Made by a program: the position numbers and the translations under genes. A DNA stretch of 64,000 nt, taken from positions 12,656 through 76,655 of the forward strand of contig DAVY01000007.1 of the NCBI GenBank assembly GCA_002505775.1. The letters are read 5' to 3'. How positions within the stretch are numbered: position 1 is the first letter of the stretch; each line of letters begins with the position of its first letter. The stretch is from Euryarchaeota archaeon UBA130 (lineage in GTDB: Archaea > Thermoplasmatota > Poseidoniia > Poseidoniales > Thalassarchaeaceae). The notes beneath the pieces were generated by a model. The model ran no database searches, had not been told where the DNA came from, and saw only the letters and a program-made list of their open reading frames with translations. Positions 28,410 to 37,149 of the stretch are shown piece after piece.

Positions 28410-29312
28410 CTAGGACATATGTCTCTGTACGACATCGGCAAAAGCCTCCAAAACTCCAGCCCCATCGTGATCTTTCTGGAAGGAGAGCATCTCCGCTTCA
28501 GTAATATGCCCCCACTCAAATGCTCTTTGAATTCTATGCCTAGCGGCCTCAGGATGGAACTGAACCCCCCATGCAGGCATCTTGCGTTGGTGTGAATCTA
28601 CCACTCTTACAGCAGTAACAGGATTATGTTCGGCGGACCCTAAGAGAATGCAATTTTCGGGGACTGTAATCACGTGATCTTGATGAGAGTACACTACCTC
28701 TGGGCCTCTACCACTCTGCCATCTCGACTCAAATAACTCATCTGACATGCCATCCTCGTTCAGTACCATCTCCCAGATACCACTTGAAATTTTTTCTGCT
28801 CGAGTGACCTCCGAACCCAATGATTTGCACAGTAGCTGATGCCCAAAACAAATGCCCAGAGTCGGTGATCCCGAGATTGCTGCCACCCTCATTAGAGAAG
28901 CCGCACTTTCCATCCATTCCTCCCACATAGTTACATTCCTTCTAGAGCCAGAACAAACTACTGCATCCATGCCCAAATTACTCAACCATTGTGACATTCC
29001 CGCGTCATCCAAACCAAACGGAAGGGCGATTCTAGAAAATGTGGCTATGTTACTTCCCATTGTTACTTTGCAACTTCTCCAAAATTCGTATTCATCGTCC
29101 CATTCTGGAACATCGCTACGATCAAGGAAGAATAGTCCTTCATCTGCTGCTTTACCTCCAGATTCAAGTGACTGCATCTGAGGAGTCAAGAGAAAAACAT
29201 CCACATTTCCAAACTCCGCGATTGGATGTATGACCTCTTGATTCCCTCCGTGTCCGAACTCCGATCTTTCGACCAGAAGGTCCAGAAGTAGGACTCTGAT
29301 GGTGCGACTCAT
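28410..29312 (-). CDS. Class I glutamine amidotransferase-like protein
   Basis: Catalytic Cys in GICFGHQLL and VQFHPE (His/Glu). ATG at 29312 (MSRTIRVLLLDLL) preferred over the GTG at 29363, which would leave only 8 nt to the divergent gene. Confidence 0.7.
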   Translation of the reverse strand: MSRTIRVLLLDLLVERSEFGHGGNQEVIHPIAEFGNVDVFLLTPQMQSLESGGKAADEGLFFLDRSDVPEWDDEYEFWRSCKVTMGSNIATFSRIALPFGLDDAGMSQWLSNLGMDAVVCSGSRRNVTMWEEWMESAASLMRVAAISGSPTLGICFGHQLLCKSLGSEVTRAEKISSGIWEMVLNEDGMSDELFESRWQSGRGPEVVYSHQDHVITVPENCILLGSAEHNPVTAVRVVDSHQRKMPAWGVQFHPEAARHRIQRAFEWGHITEAEMLSFQKDHDGAGVLEAFADVVQRHMS

Positions 29313-29371
29313 AGCACACGGAAGAAGCGATTGTTTGAAAGGCTCCCGCATGTACACAAACACGAGCGGAC

Positions 29372-29650
29372 ATGGTCGACAAGCAGGTGATCCTTGATTC
29401 AGTGGGACCTGTTCAGGCTGTTCTTGATGCTCATGATGGTGTTGTAAATGTCATTGATACTACAGGAGGGGTGATTTCGATATCTCTGGAGGGCGGGTGT
29501 ACTGGATGTAGTGCCACCCCTATGACTGCAATGCAAATTTACTATTCATTGATGAAGCTGGAACAAGTAAATGACGTGATTTTTGTAAACGGCGAGTTAC
29601 CAGCCTACATGAGGGCGTTCATAGATGACAAAATTGGCGGGGAGTCTTAG
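29372..29650 (+). CDS. NifU C-terminal-domain-like (Nfu-type) Fe-S cluster protein
   Basis: 92 aa. DGVVNVIDTTGGVISISLEGGCTGCSATPMT matches the Nfu/NifU_C CxxC motif. Confidence 0.7.
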   Translation: MVDKQVILDSVGPVQAVLDAHDGVVNVIDTTGGVISISLEGGCTGCSATPMTAMQIYYSLMKLEQVNDVIFVNGELPAYMRAFIDDKIGGES

Positions 29651-29985
29651 TCCCGGTCTTTCCTCATCTTCATTATTTCGTGAGGATTGGTTTCACCTTG
29701 AACATCCTTACCCTTCAGACTCATTGACGCAGATATCGCCACGACGACTGCCACTAGTGCCATGGGTAGTGCGACATTCCCTGATCCCCATAATTCACCT
29801 CCCATGAAATTAAACACGACTAATAGTAGGGCGGCAGTTATACACAGCAAGGCTATGCTTCTCTGTGCAAAAATCTCTCCTCTGATACTCCTCGAGAAAG
29901 TTCCTATTGACATCCAAAGGATAATGGATAATCCACACATGGTTAGTGAAATTGTCTCAACGATCCCAACAAACACCTCTGTCAT
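29647..29985 (-). CDS. Small hypothetical membrane protein (about 3 TM)
   Basis: 112-aa ORF with three hydrophobic segments and no recognised family. Confidence 0.45.
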   Translation of the reverse strand: MTEVFVGIVETISLTMCGLSIILWMSIGTFSRSIRGEIFAQRSIALLCITAALLLVVFNFMGGELWGSGNVALPMALVAVVVAISASMSLKGKDVQGETNPHEIMKMRKDRD

Positions 29986-30084
29986 GTGCGTCCTATAGTG
30001 TCTATGCTTGTGAGGGTTGGGGGAGTTTGTTTTCTACATGGGACATAACGAACCTTCAACAAAGGTGAGCTTTTACGTTCGCAC

Positions 30085-30297
30085 ATGGGTGTACTACGCG
30101 GACTAACTTTGGCCTTGATTGCTATTCTTCCTGCATTCATACTAGGCTTCATAGCGTATCTTCTGACTGGTGGAGGGACCTCTGATACGACAGAATGGGA
30201 AACCTGGATGTATCTCCCTTGTTACGGAGTCCCCCTGTTTTGTCTGGTTGTAGCATTCATATTTGGCATGAAGTCAGGCAAGGTGGAAGATCAGTGA
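30085..30297 (+). CDS. Small hypothetical membrane protein (2 TM)
   Basis: 70 aa with two hydrophobic helices. Its stop overlaps the GTG start of the downstream nth gene (GTGA). Confidence 0.45.
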   Translation: MGVLRGLTLALIAILPAFILGFIAYLLTGGGTSDTTEWETWMYLPCYGVPLFCLVVAFIFGMKSGKVEDQ

Positions 30298-30935
30298 GAA
30301 GATTGGATAAGGCCAACAAGATAGGCGAGCTGTTAGACTCCCTATACCCCGAAACCCCCGTCCCCCTAGACCACAAAGATCCCTACACCCTATTGGTTGC
30401 AGTAATGTTATCTGCTCAGACTACTGATAAAAAAGTGAACGAGGTCACACCATTCCTTTTTGATATCGCAGATAGTCCACAAGAAATGGCAATGATGGAG
30501 GTTGAAGAGATTCACTCGATTATCAGGGAAATAGGACTAGCCCCCACCAAGGCGAGGAATCTGAAGAAGATGGCACAACAAATCATCCAGTCCGGAGGGG
30601 AAATTCGTCCTGATTGGGAGTTCCTTGAGTCATTAGCAGGAGTTGGCCATAAAACAGCCAGTGTAGTGATGTCTCAGGCTTTCGGAATTCCCGCATTCCC
30701 TGTGGATACCCACATTCACAGACTAGCAGACAGATGGGGTCTTTCAAATGGAAAGAATGTCACCAAAACTGAACATGACCTAAAGAAGGTCTTTCCAGAG
30801 GATACTTGGAATCGGAGGCACCTTCAGATAATTTTCTTCGGAAGGGAGTATTGTCCTGCAAGAGGGCATGATCTATCCAATTGTCCGATCTGTTCCTGGG
30901 CTTCCACCAAGAAGCGGATAAAGGAAGGCAGGTAG
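30294..30935 (+). CDS. nth: Endonuclease III-family DNA glycosylase (HhH-GPD)
   Basis: DPYTLLVAVMLSAQTTD, HhH LAGVGHKTASVV, catalytic-region VDTHIHR, C-terminal Cys cluster region. The in-frame GTG at 30294 gives a typical 213-aa length. The track start at 30195 overlaps the previous ORF. Confidence 0.85.
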   Translation: MRRLDKANKIGELLDSLYPETPVPLDHKDPYTLLVAVMLSAQTTDKKVNEVTPFLFDIADSPQEMAMMEVEEIHSIIREIGLAPTKARNLKKMAQQIIQSGGEIRPDWEFLESLAGVGHKTASVVMSQAFGIPAFPVDTHIHRLADRWGLSNGKNVTKTEHDLKKVFPEDTWNRRHLQIIFFGREYCPARGHDLSNCPICSWASTKKRIKEGR

Positions 30936-30939
30936 TAAT

Positions 30940-31515
30940 ATGTTGATTTTCAGAGGTAAAATCACATCTGTGGGATTTGACTGTGGAAATTCAATTGTGA
31001 TAGGGGACTGGAAGGAATCCCCGCTTGGTGATTTTACAAACATCATGTGGTCAAAACCAGACGGTAAAAGGGTACTACTCTCGCCATCACAGGAACACGC
31101 CGATTTTGTATCATCACTCTATTCGTTCGATGAGGTTTCAATTACCGATTTTGATACAAGACGGGAAAAACGTGGGATTAAGGTTTGTACCGAGCAACTC
31201 ACGATTTCTGTATTCTGGGGATTTAGGTTCTTGATCCCAGTTCCAAGGCCATTGTGGTTTATCTCCACTGTAGAGAATTTCTTTGGAAAAATGATTTTTG
31301 GGTCCTCTACTTACGGAATAGCTCGTGATGGAAGCAAGGAATGGTATTCGATTAGGGGGATTTCAAGAGTTATTTCTGCTGAAGCAAGACTCTTAGGACA
31401 GGACTTGGGAATGATGACTCAAACAGATTTTCCTAAGAAATTTGGATTCAGTAGTCCTCCGAAGATCCCAAGCAGTATCGAGGTCCATTCACATATCGAT
31501 AGAGACAAGGTTTGA
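30940..31515 (+). CDS. Hypothetical protein
   Basis: 191-aa ORF starting 5 nt after the nth stop. No family recognised. Confidence 0.5.
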   Translation: MLIFRGKITSVGFDCGNSIVIGDWKESPLGDFTNIMWSKPDGKRVLLSPSQEHADFVSSLYSFDEVSITDFDTRREKRGIKVCTEQLTISVFWGFRFLIPVPRPLWFISTVENFFGKMIFGSSTYGIARDGSKEWYSIRGISRVISAEARLLGQDLGMMTQTDFPKKFGFSSPPKIPSSIEVHSHIDRDKV

Positions 31516-31540
31516 TGAACCTAATAGTGTAGTCAGGACC

Positions 31541-32023
31541 ATGACTGATGATATTACATTGGAAGTAGGGGAGATCGCACCCGAGTTTGAGGCAGAATTA
31601 AGTGATGGTTCAAAATTCGTACTTTCAGAGGCGCTATCATCAGGAAAGGGAGTGATTCTGTACTTCTATCCTCGTGACAATACTCCCGGTTGCACCTCAC
31701 AGGCTTGTGATTTCAGGGATAACTTTGGGAGGATTTCTGATAAATCATGGATAGTTGTCGGAGTCTCGACAGATTCAGCAAAATCACATCAAAATTTCAT
31801 CTCAAAGCATCAACTACCTTTCGATCTGATAGTGGATGAAGAAGCCGAGTTACATTCTCTATATGGGACTTGGAGGGAGAAGAGTATGTATGGAAAAACC
31901 TACATGGGTACTCTTAGGTCAACATTTGCCATATCCCCAGATGGGACTCTGGCGTGGGTGGGCTACAAAGTCAAAACAAAGGGGCATGTGGACCAAGTTT
32001 TGAAAGATTTAGGGATAGAGTGA
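31541..32023 (+). CDS. bcp: Thiol peroxidase / peroxiredoxin, Bcp type
   Basis: FYPRDNTPGCTSQAC active-site motif. The ATG at 31541 (MTDDITLEVGEIAPEF) gives a typical 160-aa protein. Confidence 0.85.
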   Translation: MTDDITLEVGEIAPEFEAELSDGSKFVLSEALSSGKGVILYFYPRDNTPGCTSQACDFRDNFGRISDKSWIVVGVSTDSAKSHQNFISKHQLPFDLIVDEEAELHSLYGTWREKSMYGKTYMGTLRSTFAISPDGTLAWVGYKVKTKGHVDQVLKDLGIE

Positions 32024-32027
32024 TATC

Positions 32028-32270
32028 TTGGAAGAGAATGATAGAAGGGACCTAGTCGAGCGATTCCTAAGGAGGTGTGTAACGTATGCCAATGAGTCCA
32101 TAAGGAGGAAGTCGGATAGGGGCGTTAGTGAAGAAGAAATCGCAAAATGGGTGGTTTACAGGGACTTTACATTACATGCAGCAGATGAAGTAGCCTCAGG
32201 TGATTTGGACTCATGGCTTGAGGACGGCCCTGTAGATTTCAAGCCGGGGAATCAAGACTCCGAAAGCTGA
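32028..32270 (+). CDS. Small hypothetical acidic protein
   Basis: 80-aa ORF with a TTG start. No family recognised. Its 3' end overlaps the convergent SepF-like gene by 19 nt. Confidence 0.4.
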   Translation: MEENDRRDLVERFLRRCVTYANESIRRKSDRGVSEEEIAKWVVYRDFTLHAADEVASGDLDSWLEDGPVDFKPGNQDSES

Positions 32271-32722
32271 TCGTAGTCCCCAATTCCCAATTCGTATTTT
32301 TTAGTATCAACTCTCATCATAGCTCCAGGTACCATCAAAAGCGAGTCATCTTCGTTAATTGCGAATGCGTGTAGCCCCAATCTCTCGGCCATTTCTTGAA
32401 CCCTCCTCCTACATCTATCTCTTTGTGTGGGCATGTGTACCAGTGGCCCGAGATCTACTATGACCAAGCTACCTCTTGAGAGGGGAACGGATATCCCTTC
32501 CAGGGGGAGTCTATGCATCAAATCTGGTTTGACATATATCACACTTCTTTCAGCCCCAGGAGTCAGCCTCCTTGTCATTTCTGACCATTTTTGGTCTCCT
32601 AAATCTAAGTGTAAATCGCCATCTTGTGGCCCAGGGTCTGCGGTCGCCCTTTTCCTCCTAGTTTCAGAACTTCTGACCTTGGTAGGATCGGGAAGCCCAA
32701 GCAGTCTGAACAGGTTCGCCAC
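32252..32722 (-). CDS. sepF: SepF-like (DUF552) cell-division protein
   Basis: 156 aa. Amphipathic N-terminus MANLFRLLGL (like a membrane-targeting helix), a linker, then VIYVKPDLMH..GSLVIVDLGPL..RRRVQEMAERLGLHAFAINEDDSLLMVPGAMMRVD. This follows the SepF core pattern (V..L..l....a.R..DF..G...a..G....i.e..fL..P..v.v). Confidence 0.5.
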   Translation of the reverse strand: MANLFRLLGLPDPTKVRSSETRRKRATADPGPQDGDLHLDLGDQKWSEMTRRLTPGAERSVIYVKPDLMHRLPLEGISVPLSRGSLVIVDLGPLVHMPTQRDRCRRRVQEMAERLGLHAFAINEDDSLLMVPGAMMRVDTKKYELGIGDYDQLSES

Positions 32723-32736
32723 GGGTGGCCCCGGAC

Positions 32737-35700
32737 CTACTCCTCAAAGAGTGCTTCGATATCTTCTTCGCTTAGAGCATCATCTACAGACAATGCCACA
32801 TCTTCCGAGGACTCACCTTTCTCCTCAGATAATTTCGAAGCATCTCCATCATTCATGGTATCCGAGACCTCAATAATTGATTCAGACTCTTGCTTCTCCG
32901 AGTCCAACTGGATATCTGCATTAGATGTATCTTGCGAGTCATCTATTTCCGAATCTCGGTCGACCTTTTCTGGAACGGGATCGAGGGTTTTTGATTTAGG
33001 CCCATCCATCCTACTTTGTGAGTCAAATGGGTCATAATCAGGATCGTCAAAGGCATCATCCACTGAAACTTTCTTCAGACTCTTAGTCTGATCCATTCCC
33101 GATACTAATCCACTGTCCACAGGCGTTCTTCTGTTCTTGATCAACATGAAACCTCCAGAAAGTGCAATTAATACTGCAATAATCAATATTATACCGTACG
33201 ATGAGAAGAACGCACTTAGGCTAAAGGGCGCAGCTGACACGGTCAAAGTTAGTGTTGCTGAGGAACCTTGCCCCTCGTCCAATGCTGTCATACTAATCCC
33301 TCTGTTTCCAGAGCCAACAAACGACCATTCAATCCACTTTCCTTGAATATCAATATCGTTGGTTGCATCACCATCACCATCACTATCAACAGAGGTGTCC
33401 ATGTCCCAATTATAGACCATATTCTCCATATCTAAGATTGAGTCACTAGTCCCATTAGCACTGAAGAAAACAATTTCCCCCTCTACTGGATTAAATGTGC
33501 TCGCTGAAACTTTGGGAAAGGGGTTGACATTTCTCACATCGATTGGAATCTCTATCATCGCGGAGCTTCCATCATCATCAGTCACGTGAAAGACAATCAT
33601 ACTGGGCGAGGTTGTAGCGTCTGGCCACGCCATCTGAAGTGTTCTGGACTCAATGTCGCAGTCATCAGCTGCATTTCCAGAGCCATCTGAGTCAATCATC
33701 GGTTGTATGTCATAGCAATTCCGGAGTGTCAGCTGATCACCTGCTGTATCGATGGTATCAATCGTGATGGAAATCTCTGAATCTTCCGCCACGGGCAAAG
33801 GGTCAGCAACTGGGCTAATCTGAGGCTCAAGGTTCACAATTTCGATAGGAATAATCAGTGATTCTGTACTTGCCCCGTCATTATCTACTACCTGCAAGGT
33901 TGCGAGATGTAATCCGGAGGTATGATACGTATGTTGCACTGTACTTTTTCTACCCTCAAATGTAATGATCTGGTCCGGATTATCTTCTGCGTCAGGACTC
34001 CAGAGGTGTAATAGTGAGGACAAGTCATTTTCAGAGTCATCAGCCATGCCTTCAAACATCAGTAAATCGCCTTCATTGGCAACATAAACCCCCCTGCTAT
34101 CAGGGACCATCCTATTTCCCTCCTTCCACACTTCCGCTCTAGGGTTTGTTGGTGCTATATTTCGAACTTCAACCGTTTTGTTTGAGTACCCAATATCCCC
34201 ATCATCATCAACAGCTTCGACACTGATTGTGTATTCTCCTTCTTCCTCAGGTGTCACAGTGCAATATACTCCGACTTGCCCTTCCTGGCATGGGTAATCT
34301 GAAATCCATAGAATATCCATTGGCGCTTGTGGGTTTTGAGTGTCGACATCGCTTCTTTCCTCGACGTTAAACTGCAATGGCGAGAGAACGTTAGTCCACT
34401 CGTATTCGGACTCGATAGTAATCTCAGGAGGTCGGTTCACAATCTCAATTACGTCACCAATGACTGCCAAGTCATTTTCATTATCTGTGAATTCCATGAC
34501 GATGTCGAATATTCCGTCGTCGTCCCACTCAAACTCGACAATGCACTCCTCTCCACCAGATATTTCGACTATCCCATCCTCATTCTCGACAAAGAAATTA
34601 CATCCAATAAACTCTCCACCGTCTGGGTCATACGAAGAACTAGCATCAAGAATCACAGCAGATTTTGTGAGAGACTGAGCTGGCATATCTAAAGTCGCCA
34701 CAGGAAGCCTCCCTATCCACAATGAAAATACACCGTTATTGTTGGATCTGTCACCATCGTCAGTTATTGACTCATTAGGATCCACTTGGAAAGAAAGCGA
34801 AATTTGCCCTATGGGGTAGGCATTAGGTACGGTCCAATTAACCTCCACGATAGCTTGCCCTAAGCTCGGAAGTGAGGGAACTTGGGCAGTCTGTACAGAT
34901 CCATCAGGAGACTCCACGTTCATTGTAGTCGCGGGAGAAGGCAGAAGCCCTCTATTCTGTATCGGCATGTAGAATCTTAACGTATCCTGGGGGACAGCAT
35001 TGAAGCCAGTGGAGGAAGCAAGGGTTGTAGTTGATCCCCCCCTTGTCCTCTCAACAGTAACCCCCGAGGAAATAGCCACCAGGTCAACAGCACTCACATT
35101 AGGGTCGATGGTGATTGTCGATACTCCGACAATCTTCTGGGAGGGAATCCATGCGATTACACCATGACTTCCTGCCTCGCTACCTCCCTGCGAGTCGTCT
35201 ATGGAATTTCCGGAATTAAACTCCACATACGCAGTTCCGTTAGATGAGGTAGTCACTGTTCTGATATCCCCGTCAATTCCATATCGGAACTCCACTTCTT
35301 GGCTTCCGGCAGATAGTGCCGAACCATCCTGAGTTACAGTGAGTATTGCTGTCGTGTTTAGATCGAGTGGGGAAAGAGGAAATTCAAGATCAACTGTTAT
35401 TTCCTTACTTCTCGCAACATCTTCCGGAATATAATTTTGAAGCTCATGAAATGCATTAATCCCATCTATGATGTCAGTACTGGATGACACGTCTCCTCTG
35501 ACAGCAGGGCAGAACCACCTATATCCGTCAGCTGAACCATTAGCATCGAATGTTGTTACGTTGTAGGATTGCTGACATTGTGCGTATGGCGTCCCTGGGG
35601 CCCCTCTTGACATCACTTGCCAGCTCCTCAACTCGCTGGAATCTGAGTCTGCTGGGATGTCTACGAAATCACTTGAGCCCTCATATTCTGTCTCTTGGTA

Positions 35701-36300
35701 ATAGTTGGACGTCCAATAGTCTCCGACAGTGAGCGGGAAGTCATAACCTTCAGTAGGAGGGGAATAAGTTTGAGTAATTGTCAACTCCGCGACGTCTATA
35801 TTTATTGTCCACCAAAAAATCCTATATCCGAAGTCAATCTCTATTGTTGCTTCTTGTTCGATTACTGCTAAGTCAGAGGCACGAATCAGCTCAGTAGTAT
35901 CCATTTCTATTTCCAGATCTCCATTATTACCGTCAAGATTGACATTCTGTGCTTCATAAGTTCCTTGGGACTGGGCCTCGTATACCAGTGTAGATCGGTT
36001 ATCAACAGTAGTGGTGTAGATATCAGTGACTGTCCTATCCAATGTACCAGTCAGATATTGGACATTCGTCGAAACTCCAGATGAACTGACAAAGTCTCCG
36101 ACATCCAGGTATCCGTCGTAAATCCATCTATCCCCTACTCGCCAGCTGGGTAAGTCAGCTATTGCCGTATTCCTATCCGATGAACTTGATACATTTTCAT
36201 CAATTCCTACCTCGGCCAGATCTTCTGGTGATATCAGGAACACACATTGTGATATCAGTATCATTGCCATCAGTACGGCCGACGCGGTGGCTTTACCCAT
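32737..36300 (-). CDS. Giant surface protein with tandem PKD-like domains, a C-terminal TM anchor and a long acidic cytoplasmic tail
   Basis: Signal-like N-terminus (MGKATASAVLMAMILISQCVFLISP). At least 5 repeated domain endings of the type V.D.DG......I.I.V.N..P (VEAVDDDGD..VEVRNIAP, LQVVDNDGAS..IEIVNLEP, FHVTDDDGSS..IDVRNVNP). TM helix YGIILIIAVLIALSGGFMLI, then about 170 aa of D/E/S-rich tail. ATG at 36300 preferred over 36354. Confidence 0.85.
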   Translation of the reverse strand: MGKATASAVLMAMILISQCVFLISPEDLAEVGIDENVSSSSDRNTAIADLPSWRVGDRWIYDGYLDVGDFVSSSGVSTNVQYLTGTLDRTVTDIYTTTVDNRSTLVYEAQSQGTYEAQNVNLDGNNGDLEIEMDTTELIRASDLAVIEQEATIEIDFGYRIFWWTINIDVAELTITQTYSPPTEGYDFPLTVGDYWTSNYYQETEYEGSSDFVDIPADSDSSELRSWQVMSRGAPGTPYAQCQQSYNVTTFDANGSADGYRWFCPAVRGDVSSSTDIIDGINAFHELQNYIPEDVARSKEITVDLEFPLSPLDLNTTAILTVTQDGSALSAGSQEVEFRYGIDGDIRTVTTSSNGTAYVEFNSGNSIDDSQGGSEAGSHGVIAWIPSQKIVGVSTITIDPNVSAVDLVAISSGVTVERTRGGSTTTLASSTGFNAVPQDTLRFYMPIQNRGLLPSPATTMNVESPDGSVQTAQVPSLPSLGQAIVEVNWTVPNAYPIGQISLSFQVDPNESITDDGDRSNNNGVFSLWIGRLPVATLDMPAQSLTKSAVILDASSSYDPDGGEFIGCNFFVENEDGIVEISGGEECIVEFEWDDDGIFDIVMEFTDNENDLAVIGDVIEIVNRPPEITIESEYEWTNVLSPLQFNVEERSDVDTQNPQAPMDILWISDYPCQEGQVGVYCTVTPEEEGEYTISVEAVDDDGDIGYSNKTVEVRNIAPTNPRAEVWKEGNRMVPDSRGVYVANEGDLLMFEGMADDSENDLSSLLHLWSPDAEDNPDQIITFEGRKSTVQHTYHTSGLHLATLQVVDNDGASTESLIIPIEIVNLEPQISPVADPLPVAEDSEISITIDTIDTAGDQLTLRNCYDIQPMIDSDGSGNAADDCDIESRTLQMAWPDATTSPSMIVFHVTDDDGSSAMIEIPIDVRNVNPFPKVSASTFNPVEGEIVFFSANGTSDSILDMENMVYNWDMDTSVDSDGDGDATNDIDIQGKWIEWSFVGSGNRGISMTALDEGQGSSATLTLTVSAAPFSLSAFFSSYGIILIIAVLIALSGGFMLIKNRRTPVDSGLVSGMDQTKSLKKVSVDDAFDDPDYDPFDSQSRMDGPKSKTLDPVPEKVDRDSEIDDSQDTSNADIQLDSEKQESESIIEVSDTMNDGDASKLSEEKGESSEDVALSVDDALSEEDIEALFEE

Positions 36301-36350
36301 ACATCCCCTGTGGAGAAGGGGCAAATCAATGTGACTATCGACTGAGCTAA

Positions 36351-37079
36351 TCACATCGCTCGATAGTCGGGGAGGTCTGCAAGCTCATCTTGGATGAATT
36401 GGACAGCCTCTAGGATCTGATCCTTGGCCCTTGCTCCAGTGATAACCATCTTGCCACTTCCGAATATCAGACAAACTACTTTCGGGTAGTCCAGTCTGTA
36501 AATTAGTCCCGGGAACTGTTCTGGCTCGTACTCGACTTTGTCAAAAGGCAGATGGAATGTGAGGTTATTGAGATTGAGTCTTCTGGGAAGAGCTGCTAAT
36601 GGCTCTCCTTGTTTAATGCCCCTAATCCTTGGGTCCTCATTTTCAACCTCCTCATCAGTTGCGGCCCTAATCCCATTAGCCTCATCAATGACTTTGGTGT
36701 TAATATCATCCATCTTAGCTACTCCAGTGTAGTCTTCGGGGAAGAAGAGTGAGTAGGTAGCAACCATGTTCTGCACTTCAATATCGACATCAGCAACATC
36801 CCATGTAGAAATTCCCGCAGCTCTTAGATCCCCTATCATCCTCTCGATCCCCGTTTCGATATTCTGTTGGTTCTTACCACCAGTGCAGACAGCTCTGCCG
36901 GATCTGAACATAAGTATCGCCAATTTTGGATCCACTACCCTGTAAACCACTCCAGGGAATTGTTCAGGCTCGTATTCACAATTTAGTTGAATTGCAATAT
37001 CTGGGAGGTCTAGCTCCTCTGCAACTCTGGTCGACGCTACAACATTCACTACAGTTAGGCGTTCTTCATCGCTTAGCAT
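36351..37079 (-). CDS. tbp: TATA-box binding protein with a ~55-aa insertion in the second repeat
   Basis: Two TBP repeats: VNVVASTRV..LDLPDIAIQL..EYEPEQFPGVVYRV..PKLAILMFRSGRAVCTG and VQNMVATYSL..LNLNNLTFHL..EYEPEQFPGLIYRL..PKVVCLIFGSGKMVITG. 242 aa against roughly 180-200 for typical archaeal TBPs. Confidence 0.9.
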   Translation of the reverse strand: MLSDEERLTVVNVVASTRVAEELDLPDIAIQLNCEYEPEQFPGVVYRVVDPKLAILMFRSGRAVCTGGKNQQNIETGIERMIGDLRAAGISTWDVADVDIEVQNMVATYSLFFPEDYTGVAKMDDINTKVIDEANGIRAATDEEVENEDPRIRGIKQGEPLAALPRRLNLNNLTFHLPFDKVEYEPEQFPGLIYRLDYPKVVCLIFGSGKMVITGARAKDQILEAVQFIQDELADLPDYRAM

Positions 37080-37099
37080 GAGCCGTCGCAGTTATATTC

Positions 37100-37112
37100 T
37101 TCTTATAAAGGA
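37100..37112 (-). promoter_or_regulatory. Archaeal TATA box for tbp, implying a leaderless or very short-leader mRNA
   Basis: The reverse strand reads ATCCTTTATAAGAA. The TTTATAA core (37103..37109) is centred about 27 nt upstream of the tbp ATG (37079), the canonical TATA-to-TSS spacing. Confidence 0.45.
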
Positions 37113-37149
37113 TATCAGTATGGAAAATCTGGCGAACTCCTCTTTATGC

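Noticed and set aside
30085-30935. Overlap of ORFs 30085..30297 and 30195..30935 as a possible programmed frameshift or a split gene.
   Set aside because: The upstream ORF is a 2-TM peptide unrelated to EndoIII. An in-frame GTG at 30294 overlapping the TGA (GTGA) gives a normal-length Nth, so simple translational coupling explains the overlap.
36351-36354. A 4-nt overlap between the TBP stop and the longest adhesin ORF start, as evidence of translational coupling.
   Set aside because: The first 18 codons of that ORF precede the signal-like helix. The ATG at 36300 is the more plausible start, leaving a 50-nt gap, so coupling is not established.
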